From the human T2T-CHM13v2.0 reference genome, Homo sapiens: DNA of 64,000 bases. Below, one piece after another: positions 17,718 to 29,368 of the stretch. Position numbers and translations under genes: made by a program. Where the stretch lies: assembly GCF_009914755.1 (NCBI RefSeq), contig NC_060932.1; one strand, 5' to 3'. Every line of letters begins with the position of its first letter. Positions within the stretch are counted from its first letter, which is position 1. Below the pieces are notes generated by a model that searched no databases, was not told the DNA's origin, and saw nothing but the letters and a program-made list of their open reading frames with translations.

Positions 17718-20081
17718 TATGGGAGGCCAGAATATGCCACCCCAGTATAAACTTCTTTAGCATATTCTGAGTTGGTAATTTGAGAACCGAAGATAGAAAT
17801 ATCTGAAAAGCTGTCCTTTTGATTTAAAAAATTTACATGTATCTATCTTACTAAGATAAATACTAGATGCAAGTTAGTTTTTCTGTTAGGCCCCTTTACC
17901 TACCTAAAGAAAGATAAAGTTCAGAGATGGCCCTCAAACATCTTTATCTTCCCAGATAAAGTTCTGAGAAGTCACCAATTCTTCTGATGGCTATTACCTA
18001 AAAGATTTTATAACACGACGGCCTTTGCTCACCAAGCATTTCCTCCCCTCACCCTTCTATAAATAGCTGATGCCATCCCACTCTCCAGGAACCCCACCCC
18101 ACTATCACTTTCTGTACAGTATAACAACTTCATTTATCTGGCCATTGGGTCTCATATTTTGTATGGCTCCCGTGCACACATATGCATATAACAAATTTGT
18201 ATGTCTTTTCTGTTAATCCGTCTATTGTCAGTTTGTTTTACAGACTCAAATTATCAAGTCTTCAAGAAGGAGGGAAGAAAATTTTCTTCACCCCTACAGA
18301 TTTGGTGAGCCAAGAGAACAAATCACTCTACTCATTGGGAGCCTGCAGATGGGATCCTGGGAAAACTTACAAAAAAACCAGCAAAGAAAGATAAACATTT
18401 CTTCCGATGTCTCATGTCCCTGCCTGCAGTGCCTGGTTGATGTGGGTGGTAAGAGTGTCTTCTTGTCCCTTTTATCTTTACAAATCTATATTAACAGATG
18501 GAAGTGTGTATGTAAACTAGTTCTTATATTTGTTGGAATCACCTTAGGAATAAATAAATTAGTTATATTTAAAGGAAAAAATGTTAGAGGGTTCTTATCT
18601 TAACCATCTGTCCTATTGGTACATACGGAAAATCAAATTTAAACAAAAGACACTTCAGCCTGAATCTCCAGGCCTTTCTCAGTCTCCTGGAGATGTAAAT
18701 CTTGCCATGTTTTTGAAATGTAAACATTCAGGGAGTTAACTAGACAGTCACTATACCTAATTGAACAGAAATCAGATTTAAGGCAGACTTAAAGTCTTTT
18801 GAACCCTCCATAAATTCCTTTCCTCACTAAATTACTTTAGCTCATGAGAGAAACATTTACTTTATAGAAATTAGTTAGAAATATTTGTTTTGAATTTGTA
18901 TGGCTCATCTTTTGGGATACCCATTTATTAGTAATCTTTTTCTTCCCATAAACAGCTTTTGTTTTCCTATTTGTATCATTTTTATTTTCTGTCTATCAGT
19001 AGCACATGGATTATTAAGCCTTCATGTGTAGGCACCCAGCTGAAAGGTTGGGAACCCCAAGAATATGACCAGACAGGAATGCAAGTTGCACCCCATTTGT
19101 GAGTAGCATACTGATGGTTGTTTAAGCTTTCCTTTCTTTATCCCTGTCTTTGGCAGTTGTCTGGATTTTGAAAGGGCTGAATTTTATTTTGCTTCCTCTT
19201 TAGAGACTTGGTTAAAGTCATAAAGTTTATTTGCTTTTGTCTCATGTATGCTTATTTATTTTGATTTCAAGTCACTTGTAGGTATATTTTTGATATAAAA
19301 CGTTGGTTTCTATTTAGAATGCAATAGGAACATGCTATTTTGTTTGTTTAGCCTTCTCCCTTAAGCATAATGGAACCACATACTCTGAATAAAAGAAAAT
19401 AATTTATTAAAACATATCAAAAGCAAACAGCTTTCAGTACAGAACAGAGAAATCTTTTGATTTGCATCTTAGCTGGAAATCTGCTCCCTGTTATAAAAGA
19501 GCAAATTAAAGATGATACTGTTGGATGTATGGGTTATCATCTAGATATCATTCAGGTTGCCACACAGTTTTTAGGGGAATTAAAAGCAACTGTCTTTGTC
19601 TTACAAGTTAAATATTTCAAAAAAACAGAAATGTTTCTTTGATAGAAATTTAAAGCCCACCTGTTCTTGCTAACCACTGAACTGCAGTTATTTATCTTAA
19701 GATGTCTGAAAATACTATAAAAAATCAAAGCATTAGAAATGAGACTCTCCTGCTCTTAAGAAATGGAAAAAAAATTGAATGCTGATTATACAAGATGTCT
19801 AACATGCAAATATGTCCCTCCAAAGTCATTCTTGGAAAAACTTGCATTCTTTCCCTATGCCTTTGAGATGAAAATTTTCTAACCAGTCTTGCCCAAGAAA
19901 CCACTCCATTTAAAATGCAAATTTGAGGGAAATGATTCTCAAAAGAAAAAAATAAAACAGTTTAATACTGCTATTTGCCCTTGCTAAAATGTGATAATAA
20001 GTTTTTTTAATTTAAAGAAAAGAGCTCTATGATCTATGGTCAGAAATTGGCTTAATTAAAAGCTAATATTGAGACTCTCTC

Positions 20082-20125
<44 letters not shown>

Positions 20126-23100
20126 TGTGTAAGGTCTTTGTTGTGTGTTTTAGATCCTGTTTTTTCTATGGGAACTTATCAGTTAACTGAATTCTATGTT
20201 TCTGTATATTTATACATGTGTACATGTATGATATATGTGTATGATATATGTGGTGATGACTTGGTATAAAATCCCTTGAAGGAATTTAGATAAATGAGCC
20301 CTAATAAACTTAAATCCTAAAACTAATAAAAATATAGAAATTAACTTAAATACTTTTCAAGTTCATGTGAATTGGGTGGCTCTTTCGTAAATAAGACTAG
20401 GTTAATATCATTGGTTTAAAAAAGACAAGTCTTCTGAATTATCAGTAAAATACTCGTGTATTTAATTTTAATATTCTTACACATGTTATAAAAATCATTA
20501 GCAGGGTAATAACTTACTTCATTTAATGTCTTATTGCATTTTAATGAGAAAAAGAAAACTAAATATATATAAGTGGGATGAAAGTTTATAAATGCACTTT
20601 TTAACAGTAACTATTTTGTAACATGTTTGCTTAAATAGGTTTCCCAAATCTCTTTGATAACTACACCCTTAGAAATCTGCTAAGTTAAATCAAATGATAG
20701 TCATTGAATATCTAGATCATTTCCAAATTTGATAAAATATTGAAACATTCATTGCTGAACATGTTTATTTGCTTTTGGCTTCTTAAATTTTATAAAAGAC
20801 AAAATATATTTGGGTCTGTAAGTATATAGGTCCTGACCCACATTTAAAAATTACACAATAATCAAGCATATATTTTTATGTTATAAAATAAATAAGTTGG
20901 TATGTGACCGTTTAATTGCTTACTTTTTAGGTTTTCAATAGAAATTAAGGTTACTAACAGTAAAAATTTTAATTACCGTATGTAATTAAAACTGCTAAAA
21001 ATAAAGGAAACAATTCTGTATTCAAAGCATACAAGGAAAGTAAGATGGGGTGTTGGTTAATAAAGTTATAAAGCAAGCATGAGGCTGTTCTTGTTGAGCA
21101 AAAAGCAATTTTGACCATTTAGAAGGATATTTAAAGATTGTTTCAGAATGAATAAACATAAGAGTGATATTGATAAAACTGAATGGATAGGTTATGAAAG
21201 GTGTATGAAAGATGATTCTTATAAAGAAGAATTTAAGTATGATTAAGTTGACTAAGAATAAAAAGAAATTATTTATGTTTTTTTTAAATTAGCCTTAATA
21301 TCAAAAGGAGACTAATATAAAACTAGAATTTGGTCCTCTCTTTTAAACAAGATTTTTGTTTAGTATTGATAGGGAATGATAAAAAAAAAATTTTTGTTTA
21401 CCTTTTTCAGAGAACTGCAAAAAGAAAAAAAAAGGGGGGAGAGAGAAACAGATTCTGTGTACTGCATCCTGTCTTTTGATTACTTGGAAAAACTGCTTCT
21501 CTTCTCTCTATCAAAGAGTAAAGGTTTTTTGTTTTGCTTTGTTCTTGTTTTTTACAACTATGTAACTTCCTGTGTTTGCTTTTAAAATGTTTTAATTCTC
21601 ACTCTGATTAAAAGAATGACTTATTTTGCAGTAACCTATAATTCTATTTTGATGAAGTGTTTAGAACCTTTATTTCTGACAAACTTCCCAAAATCAAAAT
21701 TAAGGTTTTTTTGGCTTTCAAGTACCTTTTGGGTATTCTGGAATGACCCCTAGAAGTCCAAAAGAGAGATATTAAACCAATTAGGTCTATTTAATATAAA
21801 TTATATAGTAAGCACTGTAAAATTGGAAATGATATTTAACATTCTTTGAGTTATATTTATATGGGTATGTTATTGATATGAGTAATCCAAAATTGTATGA
21901 AATTTCTAGAATTCTGATATTTTGTCAGTCATAATTCTGGTTATTTTGTTATAGTTTTCTACGTGAAAAAAATAACCACTTTTTTAATCAATGGCTATTT
22001 ATAGTAAACTCATTTGATTTTTAGCCATTGCCATTCTAAGTTTTTGTCATCTACAGATAATGGCATTGACTCATCTCTATAAATGTTTTGCAATTAGCTA
22101 CAGCGCGAAATTGCTTCTTCAAAAAATTTATGGTAAGGACTCTGGCAGGTACTCTGAAACACTTTCTGATGACTTTAAACCATATTATTAGACTGGGTAA
22201 GATTTCTAGAACTCTAATAATAATTTTTTAACAAAGGACTCATAAAACTGCTAACCCAACATCTAGTTTTATGAGCCCAAAATTTGCATTAAAGAAATAA
22301 TTAATTATCTGATAAGAAGAAAGAAAAATTAATTATGTGGGACTGAACTGATGAAGGACTATATTTTATGACTTTTGTTTGAAACATTGCTGTTTCTTTT
22401 TGTGTTTTGTTTTCTAGATTTAAGGAAACTTTTTTCTTTTAAGCTTTCTATAGCTTACAGCAATCTGGTAACATATGCTTTTATAAACAGAATTTAAACA
22501 TTTATATTTTTCTCCCTGCCTAATTTATCCAAAATATGGAAACCATTCATCAGTATTCTTACTTTATGGCAATATTTTTATCCACATAAGTTCAATAAGA
22601 ATCTCTGCTCTTTGTAACAGGACAATTGGTAACACTGGTTACATTACCAAGATAGTGACTGGAATGTCATATTCTTAGATATGCTCAGACAGCCTTGAGA
22701 AACTGAGGTTGACTTTATGAAGCCAATAGAAGCCCTTGGAAAACTGGCCTGGTATCTTGAATACATGCTTTTCTTACAGGGTTCCCAGCCTTGCATTAAG
22801 TAAAGAATGTTACTTCCCGACAGTTCAAGGAACTTCAGAGTATTTTAGAAACCTCAAGAAGATAGGAATTTCCCTAGGTAATACAGGTAAAACCTGATGG
22901 CAAGTTCTTGGCTTAGCTTCATAGCAATGAGTGGTTTTTAAAGGCCTAATCTGAGATTCCTTATGAAAAATTCCAGCAAAACAAAATTTTAAAAGAGCCT
23001 ATATGGTCAATCATCATTCTTGTGGCACCTTATGCAAATAATCAGGCCACATTCAATGAGACTAAACTCATTTTGCAAATAAATTCATCTTATTATGATT

Positions 23101-24324
23101 ATCTTTTATGCAAACTGGTGTGAATGGAAAGAGGAAAAATTAGGTTTCAGAAGAAAGCTATATAGTACAATCATTATTATATTTCAACCCTGCTCATTAT
23201 TTTTGAGATTTTTCTTTACCTGCAATTAGGACTGGATTCTAAATTTTTTTTGGCTGTAAGTCTCCAAACTAATTTTACCAATTTTTCTCCCATTCTTCTG
23301 ACTTGGAATCACAAACATTAAAACCTTGCAAGCAGAAAACTGGTCAACTTGATAAATACACTCAGAGAAATTACTACGTCAGCTGCATTTAAACTGCAAA
23401 TCAGGAAAATCTGTCAGATTGCCATTGTCTGCTTTTGCTTTCACTGAAGATGCTTTGAGCCAACATCTAGAAATCTCAGCTGGCTGCCCTTCAAACTCAA
23501 ATGTTAGTTTTTAGACTGCTTCAAGCATTAACCTTTGTTTTCATTTTGTTTCCTTAGAAATGTCTCTTATTAAATACCTGTTTTATTGAAAGATATAGAG
23601 GCCTAACTTTGGGAGCCCAACTGCAACGCCAGTTCCTCAAATGAGACACAACTATTTAACTGAACTGACCTATTCTCAGGACAGAACTAACTTAATTATC
23701 AGGACTACAAGACTGATAGGAGGTTTTAATAAATGAAACTTTCTGAAAATAAAGTTTCAAAAGGAAAACTCTGGAAGACCAGAATAAACTTCTTTGGCAT
23801 ATTTTGAATTGGAAATCCAGAGACCTGAAAATAGGAATAGCTCCGAAAAACTGTCCTGTTGTAAACGAAATTTACATGTTTCTACCTTACTAAGGTAAAC
23901 AGTGGATGCAAGCAGAGGTTTCTTTTGGAGCTCCATTTATCTCTCTAAGGAGACATGATGTTCTGACATCTCCCCAAAACTAAGATTGTCACAGAGAGCC
24001 GCCCATTCTGACTACTTTTATCTAAGAGATTTCATAACAAGACAGTGTTGCTTACCATGTGTTTCCTCCACTGACCTTTCTATAATCTTTTGCCACCACC
24101 CTCCAGAAGCCCCAAGCCCTTATTCCTTTCTGTAGGATATGAAAACTTCATTTATCTGGCCGTTCTTTGAGTCTCACATTTTGCGTGTCTCCTTTGCACA
24201 GGTGTGCATGTAATAAATCTGTATGCATTTTCTCCTGTTGATCTCCCTATTGTCCATTTATTTTATAGACTCAGATTATTGAACCTTCAAAAGGAGATGA
24301 AGAAAAATTCTTTTTGCCCCTACA
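17718..24324 (+). mobile_element. Old two-LTR ERV1 element (MER34-like LTRs 17718-18298 and ~23770-24324; AT-rich non-coding MER4-group internal region) inserted in an MLT1 LTR
   Basis: Diverged direct repeats both ending AAAATT...CCCCTACA. Degenerate primer-binding site (PBS) TGGTGAGCCA after the 5' LTR resembles the tRNA-Arg type. Purine tract precedes the 3' LTR. Flanks rejoin as MLT1-like gcagctgggtatgg|ccatggaaataaattctggcaaatgg. Confidence 0.8.
20088..20130. repeat. (TG)n microsatellite
   Basis: Direct reading. Confidence 0.95.
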
Positions 24325-24959
24325 TGGCCATGGAAATAAATTCTGGCAAATGGAAGGTGAGCTTAAGTAAAACAGGATACTTCCTGATTTGTATTGTCCT
24401 GCTCTTCGGATCCTCTACCTTTAATGGCTGGAAGGTGGTTAGGATACTAATCTTTAACCATGCAAATGAGAGAAACAGCTTGAAGATGGCAGAGGAACAA
24501 AACATAAAAAAAGCCATCTTCACCATCATTAAATTGCCATTCTAGCTAGCTCTGATTGCACACTTGGATGCATCTTTGAGGAAGAGAAAAACAGGAACAA
24601 GAGCCCTAACTTGTTGTCTACTTTACAATGTGTCATCTTCAGCAACTGTACTTTGGAGAACATTTTTTTAACAAATCCACTTTTTAGATATGTAAATATT
24701 AACAACTGGAAAAAAATAACAGAGGGAGATCAAACAGGTTCGTCAAAAGGAGGGAGCTAGGGAATTAATTTTCTTTTCATTCTACCTTTTTTAACTTTAT
24801 TTTTCCTGTTAATTTGGCCGAAAACTAAATTCCAAACCATTTAATTAGTTCAAGAATGGCTTTGCTTTTTTTAAAAGAAAACATACACAGCCTCTACCAA
24901 AACACTGCATTGTAAATATATCATTCATATATTACTTGAAAAATAATCTATTTAATATT

Positions 24960-25130
24960 TGTATTAGCCAGGGTTCTCCAGAAAAAACAGAAACAATCGG
25001 ATACAGACAGATAAGATAGGACTTACAATATGAAATAGCTCACATAATTATGGAGGCTGAACAGTCCCACAATATGTCATCTGCAAGCTGGAGATCCAAG
25101 GAAGCTGCCAGTGGAATTCAGGCTGAGCTC
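24960..25130 (-). mobile_element. MLT2 (ERVL) LTR fragment
   Basis: tgtattagccagggttctccagaaaaaacagaa...attatggaggctga...tctgcaagctggaga. Confidence 0.75.
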
Positions 25131-25500
25131 TATAGGACCCTACTTCTGGAGTGTAAAGTTGTCCTAAGAAGACAATCTTTAAGAACTGATGTTCTAATAT
25201 AATCTCCTCCTTCCACACACAAGACAATGTGACTCAGACCCTCACATGGGAGATAAGTGTCTGGCCCCAGGTTACCACATCAAACTCAGAGCCTACACTA
25301 AAATCCAACTCTCTTTGCTTCATTTATCAAAGCTGAACTGGAAAGAAAAGGACAATTTTTCTAGCACACTTAAGTATGTAATCTTAATTTGATGTGAAAG
25401 GTAGGGAAGATATGGTGGCAGGTGATAAAGGTGAGAGGAGAATTTTTAAAACAATTTTTACTATAGGCCTCAAAGTGGCCAAATGTCATATAAGACATAT

Positions 25501-26047
25501 TGTCAGAGGCATGTGAACCAGAGAAACTCCATCTTGAATAAGAGCTGGGTAAAATAAAGTTGAGACCTACTGGGCTGCATTCCCAGATGGTTAAGGCATT
25601 CGAAGGGGTCACAGGGTGAAATAGAACGTCGCTACAAATACAGGTCATAAAGACCTTGCTGATAAAATAGGTTGCCATAAAGAAGCCAGCTAAAACCCAC
25701 CAAAACCATGATGGCCACAAGAGTGACCTCTGTTTGTCCTCACTGCTACCCACCCACCAGCATCACGACAGTTTACAAATGCCATGGTGACATCAGGAAG
25801 TTACCCTATATGGTCTAAAAAGGGGAGGCGTGCACCCTTGTTTAGCATAAAATCAAGAAACAACCATAAAAGTGGGCAACCAGCAGCCCTCAGGGCTACT
25901 CTTTCTATGGAGTACCCATTCTTTTATTTCTTTACTTTCTCAACAAACTTGCTTTCACTTTACTCTATGAACTTGCCCTGAATTCTTTCTTGCATGAGAT
26001 CCAAGAACACTCTCTTAGGGTCTGGATTGGGCCCCTTTCCTGTAATA
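25501..26047 (+). mobile_element. MER41A solo LTR (ERV1)
   Basis: TGTCAGAGGCATGTGAACCAGAGAAACTCCATCTTGAATA start, CCCCTTTCCTGTAATA end, ATAT TSD at 25497-25500 and 26048-26051. Lacks the tandem GAS segment of MER41B. Confidence 0.9.
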
Positions 26048-26769
26048 ATATGGAATTCTTTTCTAAATAAAAGGATTCTACAGGTAAGCAGAATTAACAG
26101 AAAAGAGCAGCCTCCTAAGACTAAAGCTTCTTTATTCCTTAAATCTCCATCTCCCCTGAAAAGAATGTTTTAACAAAAGACATAATCCTTTCAAAAGAAA
26201 TAAATCATAAGTTAAATAAACACAGAGAATTATGCAGCTCCCCTTTATTTGAAGGATGAGAGCACAACAGTGCACTTTGAAGGAGTGCAATTACAGCTTG
26301 ATGCCCTAGGACACACTCTATGCACCCAACCATAAATCAAAGTCAATCTCCAAAGCAGATATGCTCAATTCTATCTATAGAAGTAAGGCCTCATGCTTGT
26401 TTATCACTTCCTAAGGAGAGGGATAGACAGACCTTGGGTAAACTCTCCCATATTTGAGTCAATCCAGAATGTTCTTGAGATATATGCTTATGTTACCACA
26501 TTCCTATAGAATCTTATACAGGACACAGTTGACCTGGGGGAGAGCATGCTAATAAATTCATATAAAACTTAGGAAAGCAAACTGGTGAAACACAATCATA
26601 GTCCCCATTGGTAACTTATGGTGACTCCTTTAAAATTCCATTTCTTTCCTCAACCAACAGGGTTTATGGAAATGGAGAGTGTGACAGGCTGTCAGAACTA
26701 AAAACAAACAAACAAACAAACCAGCATCTCAACAAAGAGATCAAGACATCACTCTGATCATAATATCAG

Positions 26770-27197
26770 TGCTATGGCTTAAATGTCCCCTCCAAAACTC
26801 ATGTTGGAATTTCATCCTCAATGTGCTTGCATTGAGAAATGAATTTTTAAGAAGTGACTGGATCATGAAGGCTCTGCTCTCATGAATGGATTAACCCATT
26901 CACAGATTAATGGATTAATGGGTTAATGGGTTATCATGGGACAGGAATTGGTGGCTTTACAAGAAAACGAAGAGAGACCTGAGCTAGCATGTTAGCACAC
27001 TCAACCTCCTCCCATGTGATCCCCTGCACTACCTTGGGACCCTTCAGAGAGTTCCCACCAGCAAGAAGGCTCTCACCAGATGCGACCTCCTGCCCTTGGA
27101 CTTCTCAGCCTCCATAACTGTAAGAAATAAATTCCTTTTCTTTATAAATTATCCAGTTTCAGGTATTTTGTTATATGCTACAGAAAATAGACTGACA
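26770..27197 (+). mobile_element. MST-type MaLR solo LTR (MSTB1/MSTC-like)
   Basis: TGCTATGGCTTAAATGTCCCCTCCAAAACTCATGTTG start; AAGAAATAAATTCCTTTTCTTTATAAATTA near the end. Confidence 0.85.
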
Positions 27198-27270
27198 GTG
27201 TTTAGCAGCCCTTACTGGATATACTAACAAAGACTATTTAAAGAAACCACTGATAACCGCATAAACACAT

Positions 27271-27723
27271 TGTCAGGCCTCTGAGCCCAAGCCAAGCCAT
27301 CGCATCCCCTGTGACTTGCACGTATACGCCCAGATGGCCTGAAGTAACTGAAGAATCACAAAAGAAGTGAATATGCCCTGCCCCACCTTAACTGATGACA
27401 TTCCACCACAAAAGAAGTGTAAATGGCCGGTCCTTGCCTTAAGTGATAACATTACCTTGTAAAAGTCCTTTCCCTGGCTCATCCTGGCTCAAAAAGCACC
27501 CCCACTGAGCACCTTGCGACCCCCACTCCTGCCCGCCAGAGAACAAACCCCCTTTGACTGTAATTTTCCTTTACCTACCCAAATCCTATAAAACCGCCCC
27601 ACCCTTATCTCCCTTCACTGACTCTCTTTTCGGACTCAGCCTGCCTGCACCCAGGTGAAATAAACAGCCATGTTGCTCACACAAAGCCTGTTTGATGGTC
27701 TATTCACACAGACGTGCATGAAA
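27271..27723 (+). promoter_or_regulatory. 5' LTR7 (LTR7up-like) promoter/enhancer
   Basis: Duplicated CACAAAAGAAGTG (27357-27369, 27407-27419), KLF-type CCCCACC boxes, TATAAAA 27587-27593, AATAAA 27659-27664. Confidence 0.9.
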
Positions 27724-27725
27724 TT

Positions 27726-27743
27726 TGGTGCCGCAACTCGGAT
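27726..27743 (+). other. Primer-binding site for tRNA-His
   Basis: TGGTGCCGCAACTCGGAT, 16/18 match to TGGTGCCGTGACTCGGAT. Confidence 0.9.
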
Positions 27744-29368
27744 TGGGGGACCTCCCTTGGGAGATCAATCCCCTGTCCTCCTGTTCTGTGCTCCGTGAGA
27801 AAGATCCACCTATGACCTCAGGTCCTCAGACCGACCAGCCCAAGGAACATCTCACCAATCTTAAATCAGGTAAGCGGCCTCTTCTTACTCTCTTCTCCAA
27901 CCTCTCTCACTGTCCCTCAACCACTTTCTCCTTTCCACTCTTCAATCTCTCCCTTCTCTTAATTTCAATTCCTTTCATTTTCTGGGAAAGACAAAGGAGA
28001 CACGTTTTACCTGTGGACCCAAAACTCCGGCCTGGTCACGGACTGGGAAGGCCGCCTTCCCTTGGTGTTTAATCATTGCAGGGACGCCTCTCTGATTATA
28101 CACCCACGTTTCAAGGGTGTCAGACCACGCAGGGACACCTGCCTTTGTCCTTCACCCTTAGCGGCAAGTCCCGCTTTTCTGGGGAAGGGGCAAGTACCTC
28201 AACCACTTCTCTCCTTGTCTCTACCCCTTCTCTGCTTTTCTGGGAGAGGGGCAAGTACCCCTCAACCCCTTCTCCTTCACCCTTAGCGGCAAGTCCTGCT
28301 TTCCTAGGGGGCAAGAAACCCCCAATCGCTTATTTCCGCACCCCAACCTCTTATCTCTGTGCCCCAATCCCTTATTTCCACACCCTGACCTCTTATCTCT
28401 GTGCCCCAGTCACTTATTTCCGTGCCCCAACCCCCTTCTCTGCTTTTCTGGAGGGCAAGAACCCTCCACCCCTTCTCCGTGTCTCTACTCTTTTCTCTGG
28501 GCTTGCCTCCTTCACTATGGGTAAGCTTCCACCTTCCATTCCTCCTTCTTCTCCCTTAGCCTGTGTTCTCAAAAACTTAAAACCTCTTCAACTCACACCT
28601 GACCTAAAACCTAAATGCCTTTTCTTCTGCAATGCCGCTTGACCCCAATACAACCTTGACAGTAGTTCCACATAGCCAGAAAATGGCACTTTGAATTTTT
28701 CCATCCTGCAAAATCTAAATAATTCTTGTCGTAAAATAGGCAAACGGTCTGAGGTGCCTGACGTCCAGGCATTCTTTTACGTATCAGTCCCTTCCTAGTC
28801 TCTCCAAATCTTTCTTCTTTCCCTCCCGCCTGTCCCCTCAGTACCAACCCCAAGCGTCGCTGAGTCTTTCTAATCTTCCTTTTCTACAGACCCACCTAAC
28901 CTCTCCCTTCCTCCCCAGGCTGCTCCTCGCCAGGCCGAGCTAGGTCCCAATTCTTCCTCAGCCTCCCCTCCTCCACCCTATAATCTTTTTATCACCTCCC
29001 CTCCTCACACCTAGTCCGGCTTACAGTTTCTTCCGTGACTAGCCATCCCCCACCTGCCCGGCAATTTACTCTTAAAAAGGTGGCTGGAGCTAAAGGCATA
29101 GTCAAGATTAATGCTCCTTTTTCTTTATCCCAAATCAGATAGCGTTTAGGCTCTTTTTCATCGAATATAAAAATCCAGCCCAGTTCATGACTTGTTTGGC
29201 AGCAACCCTGAGACACTTTACAGCCCTAGACCCTAAAAAGTCAAAAGGCCGTCTTATTCTCAAAATACATTTTATTACCCAATCTGCTCCCAACATTAAG
29301 TAAAACTCCAAAAATTAAATTCCGGCCCTCAAACCCCACAACAGGATTTAATTAACCTCACCTTCAAG

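Noticed and set aside
25501-26047. MER41 as an interferon-gamma/STAT1 enhancer
   Set aside because: The segment with tandem TTCCnGGAA GAS sites (MER41B) is absent: AAAAGGGGAGG runs straight into CACCCTTGTTTAGCAT, the MER41A-type layout.
28076-28642. 188-aa ORF and short tandem repeats (CCTTCACCCTTAGCGGCAAGTCC; CTTATTTCC...CTTATCTCTGTGCCCC) as a novel gene or array
   Set aside because: These are standard HERV-H leader/pre-gag repeats, and the C-rich composition explains the lack of stops. They are not CRISPR-like, as there are no unique spacers.
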